64,000 nt of DNA. It comes from a virus (lineage: Duplodnaviria; Caudoviricetes). The stretch covers positions 10,830 to 74,829 of the IMG/VR virus record IMGVR_UViG_3300025078_000002; one strand, given 5' to 3'. The notes below the pieces were generated by a model. That model ran no database searches. It had not been told where the DNA came from and saw only the letters and a program-made list of their open reading frames with translations. The position numbers and the translations under genes were made by a program. Below, one piece after another: positions 35,045 through 43,793 of this stretch (positions are counted from its first letter, which is position 1; every line of letters starts with the position of its first letter).

Positions 35045-35688
35045 TGCATAATGATATACTTAAAAAATTAGATGCTCTTCTTACTGAGACTAGTTGGAAT
35101 GATCAAAAAAACGAAACGCTCAAAGATGTAAGAGATATGCGAGAAGATGGTCTTCGTGCTGAAGATGTTATTCAAGATAACGTTGACGAAGATGAAGAAA
35201 AAAACGTAAGCGCTGACAATGATAACAAAGAATCTGACGAAAATGAGTCAGATCAAAACGATAGCGATGAAGAAGAAGACTTGCAAAAAGTTGTTAATCT
35301 TGAAGATGCTTCTAGTTATGAAAAAATTGAAGACGCTTTAAACTTATTTAAGTCAGGCAAGTCTCTTTCAAACGAAGACATAAAAGAAGAAATGAAAGCT
35401 TATCATGAAAAATTGACGCCTAATGAGCAAAAAGCTTTACTTGTTTTCATTAAAGGCTTAAATCAAATAACACTTATGGACATATCAGGAAAGGCAGCTA
35501 ATACTCCTAAAAGCATGTCAATAGACATTGGAAATCCTGGTGCATTGTCAAAAGATAAGAAAAAAGCTGATCTTAAAATGAAGAATTCAAAAGAAGAAGC
35601 AGAAAATGGAATTAATACACCTATTACTATTGGTGAAGGAGTCCAAGAAAAAAGGGAAATACTTAAAATAGTAAAAAGTAATGGCTAA
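35044..35688 (+). CDS. Acidic leader-bearing hypothetical protein
   Basis: MHNDILKKLDALLTE; start moved from 35029. Confidence 0.7.
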   Translation: MHNDILKKLDALLTETSWNDQKNETLKDVRDMREDGLRAEDVIQDNVDEDEEKNVSADNDNKESDENESDQNDSDEEEDLQKVVNLEDASSYEKIEDALNLFKSGKSLSNEDIKEEMKAYHEKLTPNEQKALLVFIKGLNQITLMDISGKAANTPKSMSIDIGNPGALSKDKKKADLKMKNSKEEAENGINTPITIGEGVQEKREILKIVKSNG

Positions 35689-36646
35689 GTTAATAGAGTT
35701 TAAATACATCTACAACAACAAAGTTTGTACAGATGTTAGTAAGTTATTGATTTTTATAAAAAACATACTAGCTAATTGCAAAAGAGAAAGATTGTTTCAT
35801 TATCCTGACGGTTATTTACTGCCTGTTCGGTGGTCACGTGAAAAAAATAGATTTGTCATTGATCTTGGAACTAGTCTAGATAGAGATTTGTCTGGTATTG
35901 ATATAGATAACGCTTCGTTACACTTTAGAAATAAACCTGAATATTTAAAGATATTACGTAATCTTTTGAAAAAATTAAGTTGCGATGACTTAGGTAATTA
36001 TTACAATATTAAAAAAAACCAAAGTAAATTTATCGCTGTTGTTTTCTGTTTAAGATCAAATGAATATTATAACATAGGATTACATACGTTTGTTGCAACA
36101 AACAAAAGAAAAGGTGTATATAATAGTAACAATAATAAATCAGTTTTATTAGACAATTCAAAAGAATTTAAATTCAATATAAATAACTTCTTCAATATCA
36201 TTAAATCTGCTGATAGCTATATCATCAGATCTTACAGCCATTTATATTCTGATTTTATAAGTCACTTAAATAGTAAGTCATATAATTTTCAATTAGATAA
36301 TAGAAATCTAAACATAAATTTACAAGAACATATAAAAAATAATTTAAAGTTTAATTACAGTTTAAGTCACAAAAGAAATAAAGAAATTATAGAAAGCAAA
36401 AAAATACTAGAAAAAGAAAAAGACATAGTAACGGGTAGTATTGTAAAACATCTGATCTCTCTAGAATTTTACAGTTTCTTGATTGAAAATAAAATAATAA
36501 AAGATTACGTTTACTATTATGATGATAAAACAAAACTAAATTACAAAATTAAAGATTTAAAACAAATTGATTTTAACAACATATTAACAGAAGAAACCTC
36601 TTGCAAAGAACATAACCCATATTTACTATTACCTATTAAGATATAA
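35681..36646 (+). CDS. Hypothetical protein
   Basis: 321-aa ORF overlapping the previous stop. Confidence 0.65.
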   Translation: MAKLIEFKYIYNNKVCTDVSKLLIFIKNILANCKRERLFHYPDGYLLPVRWSREKNRFVIDLGTSLDRDLSGIDIDNASLHFRNKPEYLKILRNLLKKLSCDDLGNYYNIKKNQSKFIAVVFCLRSNEYYNIGLHTFVATNKRKGVYNSNNNKSVLLDNSKEFKFNINNFFNIIKSADSYIIRSYSHLYSDFISHLNSKSYNFQLDNRNLNINLQEHIKNNLKFNYSLSHKRNKEIIESKKILEKEKDIVTGSIVKHLISLEFYSFLIENKIIKDYVYYYDDKTKLNYKIKDLKQIDFNNILTEETSCKEHNPYLLLPIKI

Positions 36647-36649
36647 TTT

Positions 36650-36919
36650 ATGAATGATGAAGAAAAAGTGTTGGAACTAATTGGTGAGTTATTTGAATAT
36701 TACAAAGAAGATAACTGGCTTAAAATAAAAAAATTTTTAATTACTTATTTAAATCCTAACATTAGAAAAAACTTTTCTACTAGACACCCAAAAACAAAAA
36801 AGCATACGCTAAATGAATTTGAAAAAAAGCTAATTAAAAAGTGTCAAAATATATATAAAAGAAACATAACTTTATATGAGAAAGATAGACATTATGAAGT
36901 CACTCAAGATAAAAAATGA
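36650..36919 (+). CDS. Hypothetical protein
   Basis: 89-aa ORF. Confidence 0.6.
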   Translation: MNDEEKVLELIGELFEYYKEDNWLKIKKFLITYLNPNIRKNFSTRHPKTKKHTLNEFEKKLIKKCQNIYKRNITLYEKDRHYEVTQDKK

Positions 36920-38438
36920 AAAAATAACAATTCAACCAACTGACATTAACGAAGTAACGGGCGATTTTAAAGCCTTTACTGATGTTGCAAAACCTACATT
37001 TTCTGCTGTTAAAAACATAGCAAATACTGCAGGTAAGATTACTAAATTTACCTTTAAAACAATGTTTAGCCCAATTACATATATGATTGGAGAAAAATTA
37101 AAAGGTAATAAAGTTTCTTTCAAAGGATGGCTTAAAAATGTCGGAAATAATCTTAAAGAATTAGAAGATGATATTGAAAGAGTTTGTAAAGATTATGATA
37201 ATGATTTTAGAGTTATGATGCAAGCAGCCAACATATCAGAAGCAGAAATAAATACTTTACTGTTTGTAGGTACACCTGCGCTAGCTGTTTCTAACATATT
37301 ACAAAATAAATTTGCAGAAAACAGAAGTATTCCCAAATTGTCTGTTGGAAGCTTAGACGGATATATTAAAGTAATAGAGAAGATATCTTTCTTTGTAACA
37401 TACATTATCACTGGGAAAGACCCAGATGAAGATTCAGCTGTGTCTGGACCTCTCTATGAAAAGCTGAAGCCAAGAATTAGAGCAAACATAGAAAGTCATT
37501 ACGGCAAATCAACATACAGAATTTTAGATAAATTAGAAGACCCTACAACTTTTGGCTTACACTTTGATGGTATAAAGAAATGTTTAGCACCAATTTTTAA
37601 AATAGTTGACAAGGATAATTGCTTATTAAAGCCTATTGAAGAAATAAATAAAGTAAAAAATGCTAGCATTAATTTAACGGAAATTCGTAAGGACTTGCGG
37701 ACATATTCAGATAATAATGTAAACAAAAAAAATGAAGTTCTAATTAGAACATTAAATGTTTCTTCTAGGATTATATTAGAAGCTGTTTTTTCAAAAGCCA
37801 ACCTTACACATCTTTCTTTTGTAATGGCTTCACTTTATTATATTGAACATGAAACAAAACTTCTGAAGCTGTTAATAGAATTAGATTCAGGTGCAAAAGA
37901 AAATTCTAAGAAGTTTAACACTCTAATGGATATTCTAGAAAACAAAAGAAATATGACATTTCACGTTCAGTCTTGTTATGTCGCTTTCCTGATAAAGAAA
38001 ACTTGGGTAGGCATTGGAGAAAAGGCACTTGATGATGACGCCAAAGATTTAGATGCTATAGCAACAGAAGTTATTAATGATGTTGAAGCTAGTTATGTAT
38101 CAGGATTTCCAGATACGTTTAAGAATACTATAGAATTTAATAAAACTGTTAAAGCTCATATAGAAGATCAGATTAAAAGTAATAAAGGCGATAAATATGA
38201 GTTTTTAAAACCTACATTAGAAACGCTAGGTAATTCTGACGATCACCCAGAATTCAATTACAGCGCCTATAAAGACGGCGCATTATTTAAAAGTCTTAAA
38301 GTAAAAAATGCGTTGAACGCAGACGATGTCAAAGCTTTTGATCTTATAAACAAGTCAGGTATAGGTAAAATAGATAGCGAGCGTAAAGAAGTAATTACTC
38401 GATTAGAATCAAAAATTAGTTTAAATAAAACTACTTAA
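36876..38438 (+). CDS. Hypothetical protein
   Basis: 520-aa ORF; start may lie a few codons downstream. Confidence 0.7.
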   Translation: MRKIDIMKSLKIKNEKITIQPTDINEVTGDFKAFTDVAKPTFSAVKNIANTAGKITKFTFKTMFSPITYMIGEKLKGNKVSFKGWLKNVGNNLKELEDDIERVCKDYDNDFRVMMQAANISEAEINTLLFVGTPALAVSNILQNKFAENRSIPKLSVGSLDGYIKVIEKISFFVTYIITGKDPDEDSAVSGPLYEKLKPRIRANIESHYGKSTYRILDKLEDPTTFGLHFDGIKKCLAPIFKIVDKDNCLLKPIEEINKVKNASINLTEIRKDLRTYSDNNVNKKNEVLIRTLNVSSRIILEAVFSKANLTHLSFVMASLYYIEHETKLLKLLIELDSGAKENSKKFNTLMDILENKRNMTFHVQSCYVAFLIKKTWVGIGEKALDDDAKDLDAIATEVINDVEASYVSGFPDTFKNTIEFNKTVKAHIEDQIKSNKGDKYEFLKPTLETLGNSDDHPEFNYSAYKDGALFKSLKVKNALNADDVKAFDLINKSGIGKIDSERKEVITRLESKISLNKTT

Positions 38439-38494
38439 ATAGTTAACAATTCAAAATTTTTGTTAAAATACATATAAAAGGATAGAGAATTAAT

Positions 38495-38845
38495 ATGAAT
38501 AAAAACTGGAAGCCTGAAATATTTTATGAAGATTATTCGAAGAGTGATGAGAGCAAGTCTATTACAAGTGGTTTACCTTTTATAAATGTGCCTAAAGATC
38601 ATAATATGCCGGGCGTCTTATTTATTTGTGAAGCTAGGGATATATCAGAAGAAGATAATGAATTAGAAAAAGAAATAATTGTGCATTCATATTATAATTC
38701 ATTAGAATTAAAAGACAAGTTAGATGAAGAAACTTATGATAAAGTTAGAATTGCTATAGGTTTGAAGCCTTTAAAAGAAGCTCAAGTACTGGGAAGCAGT
38801 ATAACAACGAGTATTAATGAAAACATTACGAATGAAGAAAAGTAA
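38495..38845 (+). CDS. Hypothetical protein
   Basis: 116-aa ORF; YDKVRIAIGLKPL. Confidence 0.7.
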   Translation: MNKNWKPEIFYEDYSKSDESKSITSGLPFINVPKDHNMPGVLFICEARDISEEDNELEKEIIVHSYYNSLELKDKLDEETYDKVRIAIGLKPLKEAQVLGSSITTSINENITNEEK

Positions 38846-38847
38846 AT

Positions 38848-39306
38848 ATGTATACAGTTGGTCAAATAATATATTCTATACTTGAAGAAAAGCAAATGTT
38901 AATACCTTTGCAGGTTGTAGAACAGGTTACAACTAAGAATTTAGAAGGTGAGATAACCCAGTATAAAGTATTAGTGCCGAATAGAAACAAGCAAAAGCTT
39001 GATCTTGATAAGTTTGATAAGGTATTTGAAGATTTAGACACGGCGTCAGAATATCTTTTTAGTAATGCAAAGTCAGCAATAGATGATATGGTTTTAAAAG
39101 CAATAGAGATTGAAGATTTAAATTTCAAAAAAGAAGATGAAATTAAAAAAGAAAATTTGACGTGTAAAAGTAAGGCCAAAAGTATTAAAATAGATTTAGG
39201 AGACGGTTTAAGCGCAAATATATCTCCTGAGAATCTAGAAGAATTGAACATTAACACTCTTCCTGTAGAAGGCGAAGAAATTGAAAAAGAAGATATTACT
39301 GCTTGA
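38848..39306 (+). CDS. Hypothetical protein
   Basis: MYTVGQIIYS...PLQVVEQ. Confidence 0.7.
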   Translation: MYTVGQIIYSILEEKQMLIPLQVVEQVTTKNLEGEITQYKVLVPNRNKQKLDLDKFDKVFEDLDTASEYLFSNAKSAIDDMVLKAIEIEDLNFKKEDEIKKENLTCKSKAKSIKIDLGDGLSANISPENLEELNINTLPVEGEEIEKEDITA

Positions 39307-40105
39307 TGGTTATAATTTAATATATAGAGCTAGATATAGTAGAATGAGTATAGGTGAATACCCTACAGTTTTTAATTTCTTTAGAAGTTTAAGACCTTTA
39401 GTTGAAAAATTTACTCCTGATGACGTTTATTTTGTTTTAGAGGGGCGACCAAAGAAAAGATTAGAAATGAGTCCTGAGTATAAGGGGCAAAGAACTTATC
39501 ACAATAAAGACAACTTCAGTATTCAAAGAAAAATAATTATTTCTTTGTTGAAGGAGTATTTCCCTTTTAATGTAATTAGACATCCAGACTATGAATGTGA
39601 TGATGTAATTAATTACTTAGCAGAAATAGAACATATAAATGATGAAGTAACAATAATCTCTTCAGATACAGATTTTATACAAACAATATCTGATAGTGTT
39701 TCCTTGTTTAATCCTGTTAGTAAGAAGTTTATCGAGGCTGTACAATATGATTATGTATCGCATAAGGCATTAACTGGCGACAAATCAGACAACATAGAAG
39801 GATTTTTAGGCATTGGTCAAAAGAAAGCAGAAAAACTTTTAAAAGAAGAAAATGCGCTAGAGTCTTTTTTACAAAAAGAAGGAAATAAAGAAAAGTTTGA
39901 TCACAATTATGAGATGATCAAGTTTCACGATTTAACATCAGATGAAGAAAGATTTGAATTATCTAGAGTATTTAGCCCTGATTGGGAACAATTAAAAATA
40001 AAGTTTTCTGAATTTGAGTTTAATTCTATAATAGGTAAAGAAAAATCGTGGAAAAAATATATTAAAACATTTGAAAATTTAGAAAGGAATACATTAAATG
40101 TCTGA
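39281..40105 (+). CDS. 5'-3' exonuclease / T4 RNase H-like flap endonuclease
   Basis: LLDGYNLIYRA, YECDDVI, ISSDTDF, LTGDKSDNIEG..GIG.KKA. Confidence 0.9.
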   Translation: MKKKILLLDGYNLIYRARYSRMSIGEYPTVFNFFRSLRPLVEKFTPDDVYFVLEGRPKKRLEMSPEYKGQRTYHNKDNFSIQRKIIISLLKEYFPFNVIRHPDYECDDVINYLAEIEHINDEVTIISSDTDFIQTISDSVSLFNPVSKKFIEAVQYDYVSHKALTGDKSDNIEGFLGIGQKKAEKLLKEENALESFLQKEGNKEKFDHNYEMIKFHDLTSDEERFELSRVFSPDWEQLKIKFSEFEFNSIIGKEKSWKKYIKTFENLERNTLNV

Positions 40106-40316
40106 GAGCGTATTGAACGATAGTGTTCTAAAACAATTAAGAGAAAACAATATTATATCTGGTGAAGAAGTTGTAATTTCAACAGGTGATTTATATTATG
40201 CTAAGAACGTAATCTCTAGTGAAAAGAGAATGATTAGTTTAGATACAATAAATCGATTTCACACAAAGAACGAAGCAATTACAGAAACATCAAAGAAAAC
40301 CTTATTAAGAGGATAG
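40098..40316 (+). CDS. Hypothetical protein
   Basis: 72-aa ORF ending LLRG. Confidence 0.65.
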   Translation: MSESVLNDSVLKQLRENNIISGEEVVISTGDLYYAKNVISSEKRMISLDTINRFHTKNEAITETSKKTLLRG

Positions 40317-40317
40317 A

Positions 40318-41955
40318 ATGACCGACGTTATTTATTTTGACGAAGAAGCTCAAAACTCTCTAAAGAGAGGCGTAAAAAAAATATGTGATGCAGTTTCCAT
40401 AACTATGGGACCTAGAGGAAAGTTAGTATTGATTGAAAAGAATGGTGAACCTCCTCACTTAACAAAGGATGGCGCAACCGTTGCAAAATATATTAATCTT
40501 ACTGACAAGGTAGAAGATTTAGGTGCCAAGTTATTAAGGCAGGCTAGCGAAAACACAGCAACTGTTGCAGGTGATGGTAGCACAACATCAGCAGTACTAG
40601 CTAAGGAGTTTTATTTTAGAGCAGCGCAGGCTTTGCAAACAGGTATCGGAACACCTTCAGAGATAACGCATCTTCTAAATAAAAAAGTAACAGATATTAT
40701 TAATATTTTGTCTGAGAATGCTAAAACTGTTTCTTCAAACGAAGAGATTAAGCAAGTTGCAACAATTAGTGCAAATGGCGATGAATATATTGGAAAGCTA
40801 ATTGCTGACGCAATGTTAGAGGTTGGAACAGCTGGACTCGTAACAGTTGAAAAATCAAAGACTTCTGAGACAGAGTTGAAACTTGTAAGAGGCGTTAAGG
40901 TAGATAGAGGATATGTTTCGCCATACATGATTACAGACAATGAAAAGTCTAAGTCAGTTTTAGAAGATCCTCTTATTTTGATACTTTCTTGTAAACTTAG
41001 TTCTTTAACACAGATTTTACCAGTATTGGAAAAATGTCATCAAACAAAAAAGCCTTTATTTATTATCGCAAATGATTACGATCAAGAAGCAATACAAGCT
41101 TTAGTTGCAAACATATCAAAAGGGTTATTACAGATTTGTGCTATTCGTAGTCCTTTTTATGGAGAAAAAAGAAATCAAATATTAAATGATTTAGCGTCAG
41201 CATTGGGTACAAACGTATATTATGACTTAGACGAAAAAGATATTTCTAACATAGTTCTCTCAGATTTGGGCTCTTGCAAGAAAGTAGAAACAACAAATGA
41301 TACAACTTTGTTTGTCGAATGCTCTGGGTCTGAAAGTGTTGAAGATGTACTGGTTGATGTGCAAAAGAAGTTAGACGACAAATCAATTACAAAAGAAGAA
41401 GAAGCTTTTTATAAGCAACGTCTTATTATTAACAAGGGAGTTGTTGCAGTATTGTCAATTGGTGCACACACAGAATCAGAACTTCTAGAGCTAGTAGATA
41501 GAATTGATGATGCTTTGCACGCAACTAAAGCTGCTATGGAAAGTGGTTTTCTTCCTGGCGGTGGTATAGCTTTGGCACGTGCAGGTCTAGAACTTCTTCA
41601 TAAGACAAACAATAGCGAAGAAACTTTATTATCAAAAACTGCAACTAAAATAGTGTCTGATGCTTGTATGTCTCCTTTAAGAAGAATCTTGACTAACGCT
41701 GATATGTCAACAGATTATATAATGGAAATGATTAAAAACAATGACGACTGGACTTACGGATATGATGTGAGATCTGAGTCTTATGTAAATATGATTGAAA
41801 AAGGAATAATAGACCCACAGAAAGTAACAGCTACTGCTATTAAAAATGCTGTAAGTGTTTCTAATTCACTTCTTTCAGTGGGATGTGTAGTACTAAATAC
41901 AGAAAACTATAATCAAGGAGTACAACTAGTACAATTATCTGATGATATGTATTAA
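40318..41955 (+). CDS. groEL: GroEL-like chaperonin
   Basis: TMGPRG, TKDGATVA, AGDGSTT, DRGYVSPY, GGGIAL, GIIDP. Confidence 0.93.
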   Translation: MTDVIYFDEEAQNSLKRGVKKICDAVSITMGPRGKLVLIEKNGEPPHLTKDGATVAKYINLTDKVEDLGAKLLRQASENTATVAGDGSTTSAVLAKEFYFRAAQALQTGIGTPSEITHLLNKKVTDIINILSENAKTVSSNEEIKQVATISANGDEYIGKLIADAMLEVGTAGLVTVEKSKTSETELKLVRGVKVDRGYVSPYMITDNEKSKSVLEDPLILILSCKLSSLTQILPVLEKCHQTKKPLFIIANDYDQEAIQALVANISKGLLQICAIRSPFYGEKRNQILNDLASALGTNVYYDLDEKDISNIVLSDLGSCKKVETTNDTTLFVECSGSESVEDVLVDVQKKLDDKSITKEEEAFYKQRLIINKGVVAVLSIGAHTESELLELVDRIDDALHATKAAMESGFLPGGGIALARAGLELLHKTNNSEETLLSKTATKIVSDACMSPLRRILTNADMSTDYIMEMIKNNDDWTYGYDVRSESYVNMIEKGIIDPQKVTATAIKNAVSVSNSLLSVGCVVLNTENYNQGVQLVQLSDDMY

Positions 41956-42149
41956 TGTATACATATGAAAGGATTGTTATGAAAAAGGAGCACATTAGCG
42001 ATATTCTTATATACGAAAACATAAAGTCGTATGAAGAAAAAAAGTATCAACCTTTACAACTAGAGATTCCTCAATACGAAGAAGTAAGTATTCCAATTAA
42101 GAAAGAAGAAGTTAAAGAACCTCGACGTGTAATAATAATTGATTTATAA
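41955..42149 (+). CDS. Small hypothetical protein
   Basis: 64 aa ending PRRVIIIDL. Confidence 0.6.
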   Translation: MYTYERIVMKKEHISDILIYENIKSYEEKKYQPLQLEIPQYEEVSIPIKKEEVKEPRRVIIIDL

Positions 42150-42174
42150 TATTATATTAAAAAAAGGACATTAA

Positions 42175-42927
42175 ATGGCAATTGTTGATAAAAGATATTC
42201 TGAAATAATTAAAAACAATCCACTTTTAACCAAAAAACAGGAAATTAGTTTATCCCGACAGACAAAAAAGGGCGATTTATCTGCAAGAAAGAAATTAATT
42301 GAGTCAAACTATAGACTAGTTTTGTCAATAGCAAAGAAATATTATAGGAATGATATAAGTTTTGACGATTTATTACAGGAAAGTAGTATTGGTTTATTAA
42401 AGGCTGTCGATAGATTTGATCCAGAGTTAGGTTATAAGTTTAGTACTTATGCTTGTTGGTGGATCAAACAAGCAGCTTTGCAATATATTAATGAGAATTG
42501 TACTAATATAAAGGTGCCAACTCATTCAAGACTTTTAAACGCAAAAATCAAAAACAAGATAAAGCAAATTGAAGATGATGAAGGTAAAAGACCCACGTTA
42601 GAAAGAGTATCTGAAGAGCTTGGTGAGAATGTTAATAAAATAAAGTATACTTTAAAGTCAAATAGATACATTGCATCTATTGATGCAAGTAGAGATGATG
42701 AAGGTAATACTTTGGCATCAAAAATTGCTGATGAGTCTGATTTTATTAACCCAGAAGCTCGTTTAGAAAAGAAAGAATTAAAGCGAATAATCAGAGAAAG
42801 TCTAAGTCTTCTTACGCCTAAAGAAGAAAAGATTATACGACTAAGATTTGGTATTACAGAAGACGAATATAACAATGAAAACTTTTCGTTGACAAACAAA
42901 ATGATTGGATATCTTAATGAAGACTAA
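42175..42927 (+). CDS. Sigma70-family RNA polymerase sigma factor lacking region 4.2
   Basis: LIESNYRLV.SIAKKY, DLLQE..IGL..AV.RFD...GYKFSTYA.WWI.QA, LTPKE..IIRLRFG, then stop. Confidence 0.88.
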   Translation: MAIVDKRYSEIIKNNPLLTKKQEISLSRQTKKGDLSARKKLIESNYRLVLSIAKKYYRNDISFDDLLQESSIGLLKAVDRFDPELGYKFSTYACWWIKQAALQYINENCTNIKVPTHSRLLNAKIKNKIKQIEDDEGKRPTLERVSEELGENVNKIKYTLKSNRYIASIDASRDDEGNTLASKIADESDFINPEARLEKKELKRIIRESLSLLTPKEEKIIRLRFGITEDEYNNENFSLTNKMIGYLNED

Positions 42928-43177
42928 AAAATATGTAACTGTGACTAATAGTAATGGATTAGGTTTGTATGATGTTGCTAAAGTTATGACCAGTAACGGC
43001 GACAAAATGAATCATTCTACTGTTAGAAATATTATTAATAGATCATTTTTTAAATTAGCAAAGAACATTAGTGATAATTATAGTTTAGACTATGATGCTA
43101 AAAAAATTGATTCTATATCAAAGTCGCCTGAATTTCAAGAATCAATTGTAGACTTATTAAGAGAAAAAGAATTATGA
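42917..43177 (+). CDS. Sigma4-like HTH protein
   Basis: GLYDVAKVM...MNHSTVRNIINRSFFKL; overlaps the sigma stop by 11 nt. Confidence 0.55.
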   Translation: MKTKKYVTVTNSNGLGLYDVAKVMTSNGDKMNHSTVRNIINRSFFKLAKNISDNYSLDYDAKKIDSISKSPEFQESIVDLLREKEL

Positions 43178-43446
43178 GAAGCAATTATTTGATCAACTTT
43201 AAGCTGTTTTGCAGTAGACGAGGTTTTAGTTTAGAAAACTGGATAATTAATACAGAAGACTCTTCTTACGAATTACTATGTAAAATGTTAGTTGATTTAA
43301 AAGTATGCCCGCCTTCTAACGAATATTTTTCTTCAATAGAAAGTAAGCTGAATGCTGTTGTTAAAAAAGCTGACGAAGTTAAACTTGTAAAACCAATAGC
43401 AAAGTCTTCTAGAAAGAAGAAGAAAAATGAAAAAGATACAGTTTAA
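43174..43446 (+). CDS. Hypothetical protein
   Basis: 90-aa ORF with basic C-terminus. Confidence 0.6.
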   Translation: MRSNYLINFKLFCSRRGFSLENWIINTEDSSYELLCKMLVDLKVCPPSNEYFSSIESKLNAVVKKADEVKLVKPIAKSSRKKKKNEKDTV

Positions 43447-43588
43447 TGAGCTATTTCCTTATGAATACGTAAGAAATTATTTTCATAATAGAAAAAGAAA
43501 AGTAGAGAAAATAATTAATAGCGAATTATCTGATACAATAGAAAAAGATAAATACGAGAAGGTAGACAAAAATGAAGAAACAAGATGA
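43427..43588 (+). CDS. Small hypothetical protein (53 aa, not in the ORF track)
   Basis: MKKIQFNELFPYEY...; fills the gap and overlaps both neighbours. Confidence 0.4.
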   Translation: MKKIQFNELFPYEYVRNYFHNRKRKVEKIINSELSDTIEKDKYEKVDKNEETR

Positions 43589-43793
43589 AGATGAATTGCT
43601 ATTAATTGTAGCTCTCGGTAAATCATTTAACGGGACAACTTTAAACCCTGAAGAATGTGAAAAAATATGTAATATGACAATTTTACAGCTTATTACTTCG
43701 TTAAGCATCAATGAAACTCAAGCAAACTTGCTATATAAGTGGGCTTGCGCTTGCAGAAAAGGATTTGCTCAAAATGAAAAAGATAATTGCTAG
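43572..43793 (+). CDS. Hypothetical protein
   Basis: 73-aa ORF. Confidence 0.55.
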   Translation: MKKQDEDELLLIVALGKSFNGTTLNPEECEKICNMTILQLITSLSINETQANLLYKWACACRKGFAQNEKDNC

